Assembly: GCA_963823335.1 (NCBI GenBank)
Contig: CAWGLD010000001.1
Span: 1,792,001 to 1,856,000 of the forward strand
DNA: 64,000 nt
Reading direction: 5' to 3'
DNA from: an uncultured delta proteobacterium
GTDB taxonomy: Bacteria; Desulfobacterota; Desulfobacteria; Desulfobacterales; B30-G6
The position numbers and the translations under genes are program-made. Below, piece by piece: positions 8,713 through 18,634 of the stretch (positions are counted from its first letter, which is position 1; each line of letters starts with the position of its first letter). A model generated the notes under the pieces. That model had not been told where the DNA came from and ran no database searches. It was given only the letters and a program-made list of their open reading frames with translations.

Positions 8713-10635
8713 TCAGCTAACAGAGGATCCGGGAACTGTGTTTCGGTCCAGGATAACCAAGCTGTCTCCTGGATCAGTATCGGCCGCCAGCAGCATACCC
8801 TGGGAGGTGATGCCCATGAGCTTGGCCGGTTTGAGATTGGCCACCACCACCACCTGCATACCGACCATGTCCTCAGGACGATAGCTTTCTGAGATGCCGG
8901 AAACAATCGTCCTGCGTTCTCCCATATCGATTTCGATCTTGAGCAGTTTTTTCGACTTGGGGACGGTTTCGGCATGGACGATGGTGGCAACCCGCAGATC
9001 CAGCTTGTTGAAATCGTCATATGTAATCAGAGGCTTGATGTCGGGTTGAGGCGGCGGGGCCTCAGATTTTACGTAAGGGACTGCGGGCTCTGGTGTTGCT
9101 TCTATGCGTGGAAACAGGGGTTCGAATGTCGGAAGATCCGATCCCGGTAGGGTTTCACCCCAGCGCCTGAGCCTTTCAATTACGTAAAACCTAGATTCTG
9201 GATCCAGTCCCAGCTGCCGCTGCATTTTCCGGGCGGTATCCGGCATGACGGGGTATATCAACCCGGAAACAATTCTGAGTCCCTCCAGGAGGTTGTAGAT
9301 AACGGTCTTTAATTCAGCCTGATGCTTGTTGCTCTTGGCCAGATTCCAGGGGGCGGCGGTATCGATGGTCTTGTTCATCAGGCTGATGAACTCCCATATG
9401 GCCAGAATGCCTTTATGAAAGGCAAAGGCCTGCATCTGTTCGTCAAATTCGGTTACGGCGGCCCGGGCGGCAGTTTTCAGTTCCATCCAGCCGGTGTCGA
9501 CCAGACCGGTGTCGGGTTCAGGGATAACACTTCTGAAATATTTTCGGGCCATGGAGAGGATACGGCTGACGAGATTTCCCAGATCGTTGGCAAGGTCTGA
9601 ATTGATGCGCTGTACAAGGGCTTCCTCGTTGAAGTTCGCGTCGAGTCCAAAGACCATGTCACGCATGAGGAAGAACCTAAAGGCATCCAGGCCGTAAACA
9701 TTTTTCAACTGCAAAGGCTCGACCACATTGCCGAGACTTTTGGACATCTTGCTCTGATCGATGTTCCAGTAGCCATGGACGTTCAGGTGTTTATAGATGG
9801 GTATTCCGGCCGCTTTTAGCATAATGGGCCAGTAGATTCCGTGGGGCTTGAGGATGTCCTTGGCGACAATATGCTGGGCGACGGGCCAGAAGGTCTCGTA
9901 CAACTTACCTTCCGGATACCCGAGACCGGATATATAATTGAGCAGGGCATCGAACCAGACATAGGTGACATAATCTTTATCAAAGGGCAGGGTGATACCC
10001 CAGGAGATCCTGGATTTTGGTCTGGATATACAAAGATCTTCCAAAGGTTCCTTGAGAAAGGCCAGAACCTCGTTGCGGTAGCGTTCCGGGCGGATAAAAT
10101 CGGTATGCTTTTGAATATGTTCGATCAGCCAGTCCTGGTAGCGACTCATCTTGAAAAAATAATTCGATTCCTTGATGATCGTGGGTTCGACCTCATGATC
10201 CGGGCACTTGCCGTCCACGAGTTCGCGTTCCGTGTAGAAGCGCTCGCAGCCGAAACAGTAGAGGCCTTTATATTCCGAAAAATAGATGTCCCCGGAAGCG
10301 TGTATCCTGCTGAGCACCTGTTGCACAACAGCCATATGGGAAGGGTCCGTTGTACGAATAAAGTGGTCATTGCTGATATTGAGTTCCGGCCAGAGATCCC
10401 TGAACATGGCGCTGATCTTGTCAACGTATTGTTTGGGGTTGAGACCTTCTTTTTCGGCGGCCTGAAAGATCTTGTCTCCGTGTTCATCGGTTCCCGTCAG
10501 GAAAAAGGTTTCGGCCTGTCGCATGGTATGGAAGCGTGTGGCGACATCGGCGATGATCGTGGTATACGCATGCCCCAGATGCGGCCTTGCGTTGACATAA
10601 TAGATAGGTGTTGTGATGTAGAAAGGGGTGGTCAT
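8713..10635 (-). CDS. metG: Methionyl-tRNA synthetase
   Basis: YITTPIYYVN, HLGH, KMSKS, C-terminal Trbp111-like domain. Confidence 0.97.
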   Translation of the reverse strand: MTTPFYITTPIYYVNARPHLGHAYTTIIADVATRFHTMRQAETFFLTGTDEHGDKIFQAAEKEGLNPKQYVDKISAMFRDLWPELNISNDHFIRTTDPSHMAVVQQVLSRIHASGDIYFSEYKGLYCFGCERFYTERELVDGKCPDHEVEPTIIKESNYFFKMSRYQDWLIEHIQKHTDFIRPERYRNEVLAFLKEPLEDLCISRPKSRISWGITLPFDKDYVTYVWFDALLNYISGLGYPEGKLYETFWPVAQHIVAKDILKPHGIYWPIMLKAAGIPIYKHLNVHGYWNIDQSKMSKSLGNVVEPLQLKNVYGLDAFRFFLMRDMVFGLDANFNEEALVQRINSDLANDLGNLVSRILSMARKYFRSVIPEPDTGLVDTGWMELKTAARAAVTEFDEQMQAFAFHKGILAIWEFISLMNKTIDTAAPWNLAKSNKHQAELKTVIYNLLEGLRIVSGLIYPVMPDTARKMQRQLGLDPESRFYVIERLRRWGETLPGSDLPTFEPLFPRIEATPEPAVPYVKSEAPPPQPDIKPLITYDDFNKLDLRVATIVHAETVPKSKKLLKIEIDMGERRTIVSGISESYRPEDMVGMQVVVVANLKPAKLMGITSQGMLLAADTDPGDSLVILDRNTVPGSSVS

Positions 10636-10653
10636 GGATACTCCTGCTTATCT

Positions 10654-10821
10654 ATTGAAGAACCTCGCAGCAAGCTACGAGGAATGTTCTGCCTTACGGC
10701 AGTGCTTCGCAGCGACCGTAAGGAATTCTGTCTAATTTAGATTCGCTCGCCAACCCCGCAGCATGCGTAGCACTGCCGAACGGCAGAACCTACGGGGAAT
10801 GCGCTCGCTTTTTCGGTTCAG
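10654..10821 (+). mobile_element. Dispersed non-coding two-hairpin element, family B (putative non-autonomous element)
   Basis: TTGAAGAA-CCTCGCAGCAAGCTACGAGG...CCCCGCAG..CTACGGGG...TTCGGTTCAG; near-identical inverted copy at 22469-22612. Confidence 0.7.
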
Positions 10822-10886
10822 TATTTAGAAGATTGTTTAGCTGTAAGCAATAAGCTCTAAGCTGTTAACCGCTTATGGCTTACCGC

Positions 10887-11681
10887 TTAATTCTCGATTT
10901 CGTCGACGCCAACTTCCATTTCAGATCCATCCTCCAGACGAATGCCGATGCGCCCGCCGATGATATTGTGTCGGATCACCTTGCCGGTTTTGTCGCTGGT
11001 CTGGATAATCTTGCCCACCTTTGGAAAACTGGATTTCAATTGTTGGTAGGTCTTGTTTTCATAGGTCAGACAGCACATCAGTCGACCGCATTGGCCGGAA
11101 ATCTTGGTTGGATTCAACGACAGACCTTGCTGCTTGGCCATTTTTATGGAAACAGGCTCAAATTTTTCGATGAATGCGGAGCAGCATATTTCACGACCGC
11201 AGCGACCGATACCCCCACACATCTTTGCCTGGTTGCGGATACCGACCTGGCGCATCTCAATTCTGGTCCGGAACTCTTTTACGAGGCGTTTCACCAGTTT
11301 GCGAAAATCTACACGGCCGTCTGCCGTAAAAAAAAACGTGAGACGGCTTGCGTCGAAAGTACTTTCAACGGAGAAAAGATTCATCTTGAGTTTGTCTTCT
11401 CTGATACAATCCACGCAGAAGGTATATGCATTCTGCTCAAGGCTCAGATTGGTGTTTTTCTGCAGATGATCTTTTTCATTGGCGATTCGATAGACCTTTT
11501 TCAACGGTCGGCCTGCCCCCGGTGACTCCTGCGGAACCGGGGATACGGCAACAAAACCGAAACCGAGTCCCTTTTCTGTTTCAACGATCACTTCATCACC
11601 TTCGTTCAAGACAAAGGCTCCACAGTCAAAATGATATATTTTTCCAGCCGATTTAAATCGGATGCCTACGACTTTTTTCAT
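10887..11681 (-). CDS. ricT: PSP1 / stage 0 sporulation family protein (RicT/YaaT)
   Basis: GRVDFR, RIEMRQVG, CGREICC, KISGQCGRLMCCL; typical holB-ricT-metG order. Confidence 0.92.
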   Translation of the reverse strand: MKKVVGIRFKSAGKIYHFDCGAFVLNEGDEVIVETEKGLGFGFVAVSPVPQESPGAGRPLKKVYRIANEKDHLQKNTNLSLEQNAYTFCVDCIREDKLKMNLFSVESTFDASRLTFFFTADGRVDFRKLVKRLVKEFRTRIEMRQVGIRNQAKMCGGIGRCGREICCSAFIEKFEPVSIKMAKQQGLSLNPTKISGQCGRLMCCLTYENKTYQQLKSSFPKVGKIIQTSDKTGKVIRHNIIGGRIGIRLEDGSEMEVGVDEIEN

Positions 11682-12729
11682 GGTCGAACTCCGTGAGTTT
11701 CATCATCATGACATCGAGTGTCAATCTTGGATTTGCATTGCCGTTAATTTTTTCCTGCGCTGATTGAACGGCGTCATAAGCCCAGAGAAGATTCTGCATG
11801 GCGGTCCCTTCCGAAAACCGTTTCAACAGGGGGGATAAATCCTTGTTGACCACCAAATCGGGTGACAGCTGATAGACCATCAGATCCCTGAACCATATTT
11901 TGAGAATTTCCAGTGCATCTACAACGCGCTCTTTGTCTTGAGCCAGTTTTTCGGAAAAGGCCAGCAGGATTGCCACGCGATCCAGCGGCGATTGACTGGA
12001 CGGCTCCTTTCCAACCATTCCCAGGATCCACGCTCTGCGCTCTATCCAACCGGAGTCTACAAGCGAGAACGCTCCCGTGAGGCTGCCATTTGCCAGTGTT
12101 GCCAACAAGTCCGCTTCCCGGGCAGACATTCCCTTTTTTGTCACAAGAGCTTCCTTGATGGTGTCATGTGAAATCGGGTTGAATCGAATGTGCTGGCACC
12201 GCGAAGCGATCGTGGGAAGAAGATCATGCAGATGATAGGCGGTAAGGACCAGGACCGTTCTGTCCGGTGGTTCTTCGAGTACTTTGAGCAGGGCATTGCC
12301 GGCTTCCGGATTCAAGGTGTGTGCATCGGATATGATCACGACCCGGTATCTGGCCTCATAGGGTTTCAAGGTCAGCATACGGCAGAGATCACGAATTTGC
12401 CCTATCCGGATATGGGCCTTGTCCGGCTGTATTGAGATAACATCAGGGTGGTTCCCGGAGATGATTTTTCTGCACGACTTACAGCCACCACATGGTGATG
12501 ATGATCTACCTTCCCTTTCGTGATCAATTTCCTTGTCTGAAACCTGCTGGCCCGGGACGATAGCTGCCAGGCAGTTACAGGCCATGGCAAATGTGTTTGC
12601 AGCTTCTCTTTTCCCGACGCCCTCGATACCTGTAAAAAGCAGTGCGTGGGGAATTTTCCCTTTCTGAACAATATACGATAAAAGGCGGCCAGGTTTTTCC
12701 TGCTCGACTATGGATTCGAATCCGGGCAC
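11653..12729 (-). CDS. holB: DNA polymerase III subunit delta'
   Basis: HALLFTG..GVGK, Zn Cys cluster, HPD, NALLKVLEEPP, TIASRC. Confidence 0.93.
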   Translation of the reverse strand: MPGFESIVEQEKPGRLLSYIVQKGKIPHALLFTGIEGVGKREAANTFAMACNCLAAIVPGQQVSDKEIDHEREGRSSSPCGGCKSCRKIISGNHPDVISIQPDKAHIRIGQIRDLCRMLTLKPYEARYRVVIISDAHTLNPEAGNALLKVLEEPPDRTVLVLTAYHLHDLLPTIASRCQHIRFNPISHDTIKEALVTKKGMSAREADLLATLANGSLTGAFSLVDSGWIERRAWILGMVGKEPSSQSPLDRVAILLAFSEKLAQDKERVVDALEILKIWFRDLMVYQLSPDLVVNKDLSPLLKRFSEGTAMQNLLWAYDAVQSAQEKINGNANPRLTLDVMMMKLTEFDHEKSRRHPI

Positions 12730-12733
12730 AAAT

Positions 12734-13009
12734 CTAATAATCTACCCGCTCTTTGAGCTCTTTACCGGATTTGAAAAAAGGGAGCTTCTTGGGGTTGATT
12801 AACACCTTTTCGCCGGTCTTGGGATTTCTGCCCATATAGCTTGTGTAGTTTTTTACGTAGAAACTGCACAAGCCTCGAATTTCCACCCGTTCTCCACGAG
12901 CCAAAGCCTCAGCCATATGATCAAAAAACAGCTGAACAACTTTTGCGGCTTCAGATTTGGATATATTCGCCTCTTTCTTCAAAGCGGAGATCAGTTCTAA
13001 TTTGTTCAT
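12734..13009 (-). CDS. ihfB: Integration host factor beta-like / HU-family protein
   Basis: ERVEIRGLCSF, GRNPKTGE, LPFFKSGKELKERV. Confidence 0.8.
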   Translation of the reverse strand: MNKLELISALKKEANISKSEAAKVVQLFFDHMAEALARGERVEIRGLCSFYVKNYTSYMGRNPKTGEKVLINPKKLPFFKSGKELKERVDY

Positions 13010-13089
13010 ACACCCTCCTTCCCACATTCCCATATCATTACGATATATTGTAGAGAGTTTTAATGATGAATTGATAAAAAGTCAAGTAC

Positions 13090-13617
13090 TTATGCCAATA
13101 TTTTAGACAGCGGCTCTATGTCGTCCTCGTTGACATCCACACTGGCGGCCTGTCCAAGGGCATCCACATTGATGGTGACCCGGCCTTTTCCTCGATAGTT
13201 AGAAAAGCTACCCATGACACCGGTGAAAGGACCTTTGACCACCATGACCCTGTTCCCCCTTGTGAGGCGTTTTCCGGTGATGATGTGGCTATCGCTCTCG
13301 ACCATGATTTTCAGTGAGGCAATGGTTTCGTCCGGAACCGATACCGGGCCGCTCTTGGTGCCCACAAGACGGACGGTTCCGATTGTTTTGACAATGCTCA
13401 GGTGCTCGTGGACACTCAAATCCGTTTTGACAAAAAGGTACCCTGGAAAAACAGGCACCCGGATCATCTGTTTTCTGTCCCGACGTTTACTGGGAATCAG
13501 GACCTTGGGCAGGAACACCTCGAACGATTTTTTTAGCAGCCCATCAGATACCACGTTTTCGAACCGGCTGCGAGTGTGGATAACGTACCATTCTAGTTTC
13601 AATATGTCTTGATTCAT
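13090..13617 (-). CDS. NusG paralog (UpxY/RfaH-type antiterminator)
   Basis: WYVIHTRSRFE and PVFPGYLFV in the NGN domain; KOW motif V.VVKGPFTG. Confidence 0.88.
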   Translation of the reverse strand: MNQDILKLEWYVIHTRSRFENVVSDGLLKKSFEVFLPKVLIPSKRRDRKQMIRVPVFPGYLFVKTDLSVHEHLSIVKTIGTVRLVGTKSGPVSVPDETIASLKIMVESDSHIITGKRLTRGNRVMVVKGPFTGVMGSFSNYRGKGRVTINVDALGQAASVDVNEDDIEPLSKILA

Positions 13618-13665
13618 GTTTTTAACCTTTGATTGATAAAACAATAAGCTGTAAGCGGCTTACAG

Positions 13666-16050
13666 CTAATTAAAATCACTTTCAATTTCCCCCAGACCGC
13701 GAAAGCCGATCATGAAGTCATATCTGTCGTCTCCCTCTTCCCGGGTGTATGTCAGCTGAAAAGACCAGCACTGGGCCTTGTAGAGGGCTCCGATACTTGT
13801 GAGGAGGTGATTGTCTTGGTTCAGATCTTTTTCATACTCGGCGGTGGCTGATAAGGAATCTGTCATAGCGATCGACAGCTTGGCATAGGCAGATTTCAGA
13901 CCTACCTGGCCGATATCGGGCATATCCTGCCGATATCGGTATTCAAGGGCCAGCCGATCACCTCGACGGTCCCACAAGGAAGTAGAAAAATTACGGGATA
14001 TCAAGTCGTTCTCGTATGTCGACCACTCGGCATCCGCCTCTAAGCTGATGTAGTTTCCCGGGGTCAGCTCCAGGCGGCCGTACACCGGTGAAAAAGACTT
14101 GCGGGTTTGTTTGTTGTCTTCCCCGCTCGAAAGGTCGTCTTCACCAACCGGGCTGAAATTGTAACTCTGCTCGAGATAGAGACGCAGGAATCGCTGATAA
14201 TGGAATTCCGGGTCAATGCTCTGCTCCTCTGTAGAGTTGTTTTTCCTGAGCCTGGACCGGAAGGTGAGCAGATTTGTCAAGGAATAGGTCAGGCGGTTCT
14301 GTTTCCCGATTCTATCCTTGGCATCAAAATCGGGATAGGCCGACTGGTCTTCTTCCGGAATATAGGTGTAGACGATCCTGGGATTGAAGGTGTGACGATA
14401 GCGATCGATTTTATCACTATCGGTGTGCAAGATATTATAGGCCTCCGTGGACAGATCGAGCTGGTAATCCATGAGTTCCCTGTGAAAGGTTTTGTCGTTG
14501 TCCGGGTCCTTTAGGGAGTCTTCATGATCCACCACCTGCCAATAGGTTCCCCGAAACCCCATGGAGGGTTCCAATGTAAAATAGGTTTTCCAACGCAAGG
14601 GCAGGTAGATCCTGGGGTAGACATCAAAGCGATGATCCCGGGTGACACCATTGGTGGTATCGGTGTCTTCCCGGTAAAAGTAAGTATATTCATTTGACAT
14701 GGATCCGTAGAACAGAGACGACCCTAACTGTTGTTTGGATGCGTTGAGCTGGATGAACGGCAGTCGCTGTACCGTGGTGTCCCGGTCGTCCTGCTGTCTG
14801 CTGATGACGTTGTCATACCATCTGAATTCAGCATCGAGACTGAAGCTGGACCAGTTACGGTTGATGTTCAAACGGTTGAGTCGAATGGGGTCGTTGTAAT
14901 CATCGATCTCCCTGTTAAATTTACGATTGTAGTAATCTTTTGTATCGTCGTAACCCGTGTAGCCGCTCTGGAATTCCTTGAGGTAATCCTGATCGCTGAC
15001 AATGTCCAGGTCGGCCATGGCCGAAAAACGCCAGGGCAGTGCTTGGTCATGCTTCATTCGAAACCAGTAACGATTCCGGTTGGTGCGCAAGACATCCTCA
15101 TCCGGCTTGTCGTCATAGCCCCAGTCATGATTACCGTCCGTGTTGTCATCCACCTTTTCGTCCTCAAGGTAATCCATCATCAGCGACCCCTTGGTGAGGG
15201 GGCTCATGACATAACGAAATTCAGCACCCAGTTTATTGCCGCGACGGTCCATGTAGTGATCGTAAACGGTGGCATCCATGCTGTCGTTGATGGCCCAGAA
15301 AAGAGGCTGATTGTATTCAAGTCCTTTTCGGGAAGAGCTTCCGAATTGTGGTGGCAGGAAACCGGTCTGTCGTTTCGATTTTACCGGAAACGCGATAAAG
15401 GGCGTGTAGAATACCGGGATATCCTTGATCCAGAATACAGCGTGATTGGCATATCCGTAGCCTTCGATGGTAACATTCAGGTTCCTGCCGGTTATTTTCC
15501 AGGCCGGTTTTTCCCCATCACACGTGGTTAGCCTGGCCTCGTCGACAAAATAGGAATCCTTGCCGGTTTTGACAATCTCGTTGCCATGTATGTGGAAGTT
15601 TTCCTGGCGCAGGAAAACAGAACCGTTATGCAGAATTCCTTTTTCTGATTCGAGATCGATTTGAAGGCTGTCTGCTGTGATCATGTCCCGGCCTACGGAC
15701 ATGATTACGTGCCCCGTGGCCAGCACCTCCATTTTTTTGTGGTCGAAATGGACCCTATCGGCGGAAATTTGTTTGTCCATCTTTGAGATGACGACATCCC
15801 CGGTGGCGATGTAAACCTGATCGGTTTCATCGAAGCTGAGCTCATCGGCGGTGATATGCCAGGGAAAAGGTTCTTCCCCCGGAACCTTGCCAAGGTCTTG
15901 ACCCCAGACGGTTCCACAAAGCAGCAACAGGAGGCAGAGAACATAACCACTACGGCTAAAAGCGCCACGGACACGAGACATGAGCGCATATGTGTTGCGC
16001 CATCTGTGTTGAGCCTTTCGACGATTGAGATGCTGCATGAGCTTTTGCAT
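13666..16050 (-). CDS. lptD: LPS-assembly protein LptD (start uncertain)
   Basis: OstA-like N-domain, TTCDGEKPAW, RQTGFLPP, C-terminal barrel with QCWS. Confidence 0.9.
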   Translation of the reverse strand: MQKLMQHLNRRKAQHRWRNTYALMSRVRGAFSRSGYVLCLLLLLCGTVWGQDLGKVPGEEPFPWHITADELSFDETDQVYIATGDVVISKMDKQISADRVHFDHKKMEVLATGHVIMSVGRDMITADSLQIDLESEKGILHNGSVFLRQENFHIHGNEIVKTGKDSYFVDEARLTTCDGEKPAWKITGRNLNVTIEGYGYANHAVFWIKDIPVFYTPFIAFPVKSKRQTGFLPPQFGSSSRKGLEYNQPLFWAINDSMDATVYDHYMDRRGNKLGAEFRYVMSPLTKGSLMMDYLEDEKVDDNTDGNHDWGYDDKPDEDVLRTNRNRYWFRMKHDQALPWRFSAMADLDIVSDQDYLKEFQSGYTGYDDTKDYYNRKFNREIDDYNDPIRLNRLNINRNWSSFSLDAEFRWYDNVISRQQDDRDTTVQRLPFIQLNASKQQLGSSLFYGSMSNEYTYFYREDTDTTNGVTRDHRFDVYPRIYLPLRWKTYFTLEPSMGFRGTYWQVVDHEDSLKDPDNDKTFHRELMDYQLDLSTEAYNILHTDSDKIDRYRHTFNPRIVYTYIPEEDQSAYPDFDAKDRIGKQNRLTYSLTNLLTFRSRLRKNNSTEEQSIDPEFHYQRFLRLYLEQSYNFSPVGEDDLSSGEDNKQTRKSFSPVYGRLELTPGNYISLEADAEWSTYENDLISRNFSTSLWDRRGDRLALEYRYRQDMPDIGQVGLKSAYAKLSIAMTDSLSATAEYEKDLNQDNHLLTSIGALYKAQCWSFQLTYTREEGDDRYDFMIGFRGLGEIESDFN

Positions 16051-16180
16051 GAGGGTTCTTTTCAGGGAAACAAACCTGTTGCATCTGTCAAAATTAATCA
16101 ATATAAAGCCAACGTATTGAAAAAATCAAGAATAAGATCGATGCGAAGTCCTTTTCAAATCCATGCAATTGATGTATGAA

Positions 16181-16256
16181 GGCAGAACATTCCCCGCAGT
16201 TTGCTGCGGGGAATGTTCTGCCGTGCGGCTGTGCTTCGCAGTGACCGTAAAGAACC
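16181..16256 (+). repeat. Partial family B element, palindromic
   Basis: GGCAGAACATTCCCCGCAG-TTTG-CTGCGGGGAATGTTCTGCC, then GTGCTTCGCAGTGACCGTAA as at 10686-10722. Confidence 0.65.
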
Positions 16257-16275
16257 CTGAGACAAATAGGGACAG

Positions 16276-17037
16276 ATGAGAATTTTATTGTCGAATGATG
16301 ACGGGATCTATGCCGAGGGACTCAGGGCGCTTCACCGGCGCTTTTCAGAAACCTGCTCTACAATCGTGGTGGCGCCCGACCGGGAGTGCAGCGCCATCAG
16401 TCACGCCATTACCCTCGAAATGCCCATCAGGAGCCGCAACATATCCCTGAAGAATGGTGACAGGGCCTATGCCGTGAGTGGAACACCGGCGGACTGCATC
16501 AAACTGGCCATGATCGAACTTCTGGAAGAGCGGCCGGATTTGATGATTTCGGGCATCAATCCAGGAGCAAACACCGGTATCCATATCAACTATTCAGGAA
16601 CGTTCGCGGCAGCCAGGGAGGCCGCCTTTTATGGTATACCGGCCTTGGCTGTTTCCATCATGGGCAAAACCCCGGGCTATTATGACCAGGCAGCTGAATT
16701 TGTCGAGAACCTGGTTAAAAAGGTAATGATGCATGGATTGCCAGAGGGCACGCTTCTGAATGTCAATATTCCCGATCTTCCCCTGGAACGTATCCGGGGC
16801 GTCCGGATCAGCAATCAAAATCTCGAGCCGTTTCGTGAAAAGATAGAAAAGCGATTAGACCCCAGAGAGCGGCCCTATTACTGGCATGGTGTCGCAGATC
16901 AGGGATCTGTTGGAGATTCGGGCTCCGATGTAGCGACCATCGTGAAAGACTATATATCCATTACCCCCATTAAATGTGATATGACTGATTATATATCAAT
17001 TCAGAATCTTAAGTCTTGGAGTGTTCACGTCCGATGA
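16276..17037 (+). CDS. surE: 5'/3'-nucleotidase SurE
   Basis: ILLSNDDG, GTPADC, SGINPGAN, YSGT. Confidence 0.96.
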   Translation: MRILLSNDDGIYAEGLRALHRRFSETCSTIVVAPDRECSAISHAITLEMPIRSRNISLKNGDRAYAVSGTPADCIKLAMIELLEERPDLMISGINPGANTGIHINYSGTFAAAREAAFYGIPALAVSIMGKTPGYYDQAAEFVENLVKKVMMHGLPEGTLLNVNIPDLPLERIRGVRISNQNLEPFREKIEKRLDPRERPYYWHGVADQGSVGDSGSDVATIVKDYISITPIKCDMTDYISIQNLKSWSVHVR

Positions 17038-17987
17038 AAAAGAGATTCATCAACCAGATCCATGCCGGTGATGTTCTGGCAGATTGTTTTGTCCTGGCCG
17101 AAAAAACCATGGCCCAGAAAAAGGATGGTAACAATTACCTCAACCTGGTTCTGTCCGATCGGACCGGAAATATCAAGGGGGTGGTCTGGGACAATGCCGA
17201 GAAACTTTCTTCCCAAGTGGAGACGGGAGCGGTCGTAGCGGTCAAGGGGCACGTGGGCGAATACCGGAACAATCTTCAGGTCGTGGTCAAAGAGATGACA
17301 GGGGTTTCCTTGGAAGAAACAGATCCCGCCGATTTTATGCTTTCAACAGCACGTGATGTGGATCAGATGTTTGAACGGATTGTGGCCTTGTCGGAATCCC
17401 TGGGCGCATGGTATTTAAAGGCGCTTTTTAGTGCTTTTTGGGAGGACGAATCATTCACGGCACAATTCAAAAGGGCGCCTGCAGCCAAGAAAATGCACCA
17501 TGCCTATATCGGGGGACTCCTGGAACACACGCTTTCCATGGCGGTTCTGGCCGACAAAATCGCTGAACACTACAATGGCCTGGACCGGGATCTTCTCGTT
17601 GCGGGTGCCCTTCTTCACGATATCGGTAAAATCCGTGAGTTCAGCTATGATATGGGTATCGATTATTCCGATGAAGGCAGGATGGTGAGCCATATTGTTA
17701 TCGGTCTCCAGCTGATCGAGGACAAAATACGAACCATCGAATCCTTTCCCGAGGAATCGGCCTTGTTGTTGAAGCACATGGTGGTCAGTCACCATGGCAG
17801 CAAGGAACTTGGGTCACCGGAGCCACCCAAAACCATCGAGGCGGTGATGCTGAACTGCATCGACGAAATGGACTCCCGGATCCAGGCGGTTCGGGAATTT
17901 ATGGGAAAAGAAGATTCCAATGAAACCTGGACATCGTTTCACCGACTCCTGGGAAGGCATTTTTACCGAGGGAAACCAACAGGATAA
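17034..17987 (+). CDS. yhaM: OB-fold + HD domain 3'-5' exoribonuclease (YhaM family)
   Basis: PAAKKMHHAYIGGLLEH, LLHDIGK, SHHG. Confidence 0.88.
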   Translation: MKKRFINQIHAGDVLADCFVLAEKTMAQKKDGNNYLNLVLSDRTGNIKGVVWDNAEKLSSQVETGAVVAVKGHVGEYRNNLQVVVKEMTGVSLEETDPADFMLSTARDVDQMFERIVALSESLGAWYLKALFSAFWEDESFTAQFKRAPAAKKMHHAYIGGLLEHTLSMAVLADKIAEHYNGLDRDLLVAGALLHDIGKIREFSYDMGIDYSDEGRMVSHIVIGLQLIEDKIRTIESFPEESALLLKHMVVSHHGSKELGSPEPPKTIEAVMLNCIDEMDSRIQAVREFMGKEDSNETWTSFHRLLGRHFYRGKPTG

Positions 17988-18634
17988 TGTTTATTTCATT
18001 TGAAGGCATCGAAGGTTCCGGCAAGACAACCCAGATTCAAGGTGTATATGACCATCTTTGTCAAAAAGGCCATGATGTCATCGTGACAAGAGAACCTGGC
18101 GGCTCGAATATCGGTCGACAGATACGTTCGATACTCCTGGATTCAAAAAACAAGAGATTGAATCCCTTGTCGGAACTTCTTCTCTATATGGCCGATCGGG
18201 CGCAGCACTTGGACGAAATTGTCAGACCGGGCCTGTCTTCAGGAAAAGTCATTCTCTGTGACCGCTATTATGATGCAACCATCGCCTATCAGGGGTATGC
18301 CAGAGGGTTGGACATTGACCTGATAACCCAACTTCATGGTCTTGCCTTTGCAGATTATAAACCCGATCTGACGTTTCTGCTGGATCTTGCCCCGGAAACA
18401 GGGCTTGGGCGTGCTTGGCGACAGATCGAAAACGGACAGAGAACCGGAACGGAAACCCGCTTCGAGGAGGAAGCCCTGAGCTTCCATGGACGGGTTCGTG
18501 AAGGCTATCTCGCACTGGCCCGGCTCGAACCTCAGCGCTTTAAAATCATCGATGCTTCCGAACCGCAGGAACGTGTGGAAAAGGAGATACTGGGCGTGCT
18601 GGACAGCGCTATCCGCAACCCAATAGAGACATGA
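17987..18634 (+). CDS. tmk: Thymidylate kinase
   Basis: FISFEGIEGSGKTT, TREPGG, CDRY, AYQG. Confidence 0.96.
   Translation: MFISFEGIEGSGKTTQIQGVYDHLCQKGHDVIVTREPGGSNIGRQIRSILLDSKNKRLNPLSELLLYMADRAQHLDEIVRPGLSSGKVILCDRYYDATIAYQGYARGLDIDLITQLHGLAFADYKPDLTFLLDLAPETGLGRAWRQIENGQRTGTETRFEEEALSFHGRVREGYLALARLEPQRFKIIDASEPQERVEKEILGVLDSAIRNPIET

Noticed and set aside
8712-9020. N-terminal extensions in the ORF track (PBP to 9020; also 37948, 38858, 20838, 44658)
   Set aside because: They overlap neighbouring genes or run through repeats; downstream starts fit better
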